A program made the translations under genes and the position numbers. A stretch of 64,000 nucleotides of DNA from Podarcis filfolensis (Eukaryota): NCBI GenBank assembly GCA_964270895.1, contig OZ185435.1; one strand, written 5' to 3'. Of this stretch, positions 62,038 to 64,000 are shown piece by piece. How positions within the stretch are numbered: the first letter of the stretch is position 1; each line of letters starts with the position of its first letter. The notes below the pieces were generated by a model. The model did no database searches and was not told the DNA's origin. It saw only the letters and a program-made list of their open reading frames with translations.

Positions 62038-63857
62038 ATGAGGTACATGGCATGAGGGACTGGGAAAGGGTGATTTCAGTGGTGGCTCCTCATATATGGA
62101 ACTGGTCCCATCTCTTTATAATTCTAGGCTGTTGATTAATACATGCCTTTTTTATTACATTTGGAGGATGAGAGACCTGATTGCTATTGCTGCCATTAGT
62201 AATTGTTATTCAGTGTTGTAGTTTTTTAAGGATTCTGTTATTTTGTATGAATATTATATTATGTATTATATATATTTATTTGCCTTGTTGTAAATGTGTG
62301 GCTTTTGCAAGTGGAGACACATAAGCCATCTAAAATAACAAAATGTATTAACGGGAGTTCTCCACTGAGCACCAAAGTTGCAGAACTCCTTGCCATAGCA
62401 GATCTGTCCCTCTCCCTGATGCTATTCTGATGTTTCCAGAAGATGCTTCTGTTCTCGAAGGCTTTCAGCTTGACCAGAGTATAATAAAGTTTAGCAAGCC
62501 TGATCCAAAAGATTACTTTTTGAAAGTGCTTTAATGACGAGTGACTTTTTTCTTCTTTGAAAGCAGAGAAGTGGGCACAGAAATACATTTCAAAACATTT
62601 TTTTGAATGATTTTCAACATTTTACAAAAAGCAGAGGCTTTAATAAAAGATAGAAAGTGACAGGTTTAATAAAAGCACATATTTTTTTCTGTTGGAGAGC
62701 CAAGAGAACGGAACTGATTTGCCATGGTGGCAGAGGCTGTGCTGTTCTTTGGTCTATAAAAAATTACTGTAGTAGACTGCTCCCTAAAGAGCAACTTCTG
62801 TGTATAGGTTGACATCCGCTGAACTGGTTTCCATGCCACCAGGAGATAAAACAATTACTTCATGGCGGACCCACAGGAGCCATCAGTTCTGGTTGCCACG
62901 GGAACAGCCGCTTCCATTTTGCCTTGTGCGATGTGGGATGCTGGGGGCACGGATGGTGCGATATCTGTCATAGAGTTTCTAGTCCTACAGCTATTCTGTG
63001 TACAGTATTTCAAAAGTTCACCTTTAAAAAGTGCTTTCTCCTCCAAAGCACCTCTTTAGCTTTCCATCCTAAATCCTTTAATAACCAATCAATCAGCATC
63101 AATTCTTTTATCACTAGACTTCTTGGAATCAACCGCCAATCAATCCCCTGCTGTGTTACAGTCTCAATTATATTAATTATAGGGTATGATCTGATTCCCT
63201 CTGACTTCTTTCTTTCTGAACTAGCCAATTGCTACTGTCTCTCGAAATAACGCAGTAGCCACTGAAGCCTATTGTGGTGTCTGATTTGCTTTGCGGAGCT
63301 ACTTTTTACCTGACACAGACAGAACATTTTCTTCTCTCTTGCAGCCCCTAGCTTCAGGACCTTGCATTTCACTTGGGAAACTAACAGTTGGTCAACCCCT
63401 AAAAAGGAACACATTGAATTGATTAGTTACAGTCACAGACCAGAAATTAAGGAACACCTTGGCTTTTATTGCATTGCGGTATTTATAATATGCAAGTGAT
63501 CAAACGAAGATGTGCAACCTATACTTTCACAGAACCTCCTAGCAGCTGCAGATGCTGCAACAACATATTTAGGAGTTGCAGCACAAAACAGGAGCCTGAT
63601 ACTCAGCAGCAGAAGTGATGTTCTGTATGTCAGCCATCACCAACCCAGTGACTTCCGGTTGTTTCTAACTGCAACCCCCATCTGCCTCAGCCAGCATGGC
63701 AGCGCTTGCTGGGGCTGATGGGAGTTGTGGTGGAAAACATCTGGAGGCCACTAGGTTGGTGAAGGCTGCTGTGTCTGGAAAGAGCAAAGAGCTGTCCCCT
63801 TGGGTCAGACTTAGGACTCATCTGCACTATACATTTAAAGCAGTAGCAGACCAATTT

Positions 63858-64000
63858 AGAGAGTTTGGATTTGATATCCTGCCTTTCACTCCCTTTAAGG
63901 AGTTTCAAAGCGGCTAACATTCTCCTTTCCCTTCCTCCCCCACAACAAACACTCTGTGAGGTGAGTGGGGCTGAGAGACTTCAGAGAAGTGTGACTAGCC
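63858..64000 (-). mobile_element. Squamate SINE (runs off window end)
   Basis: Reverse complement of the 26143 family. Confidence 0.75.

Noticed and set aside
62855-63414. Minus-strand ORFs as a possible long coding exon
   Set aside because: In-frame stops in every frame; the three ORFs cannot be joined without a stop or frameshift

Overview
Squamate reptile genomic DNA, most likely a lacertid lizard. This is inferred from Sauria SINEs with their Bov-B partner, squamate tRNA-SINEs, and L2/CR1/Rex1/RTE/L1 LINEs. No protein-coding host gene, tRNA, rRNA or CRISPR array could be recognised, so the window reads as intergenic DNA or part of a very large intron. Nearly all ORFs in the supplied track are TE remnants, microsatellite read-throughs or chance ORFs. 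The window is a dense TE mosaic: a 1.1-kb solo LTR with a 5-bp TSD; the 3' end of a DIRS/Ngaro-like element with a decayed SGNH-hydrolase ORF; a young RTEX-like LINE with a perfect 15-bp TSD; L1, L2, CR1, Rex1 and RTE fragments; three Penelope-like pLTR pieces; and many Tc1/mariner-type (TA TSD), hAT-type (8-bp TSD) and Harbinger-type (TAA TSD) MITEs, often nested. The most notable observations are a minimal hammerhead ribozyme motif in a Penelope copy, a perfect 124-bp zero-spacer palindrome folded back at that ribozyme's stem II, a non-autonomous element carrying a captured L2 3' end (two copies), and a head-to-head pair of Rex1 3' ends. Several low-confidence exon, micropeptide and enhancer candidates are also listed. 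Family names come from recognised sequence motifs, not database searches.
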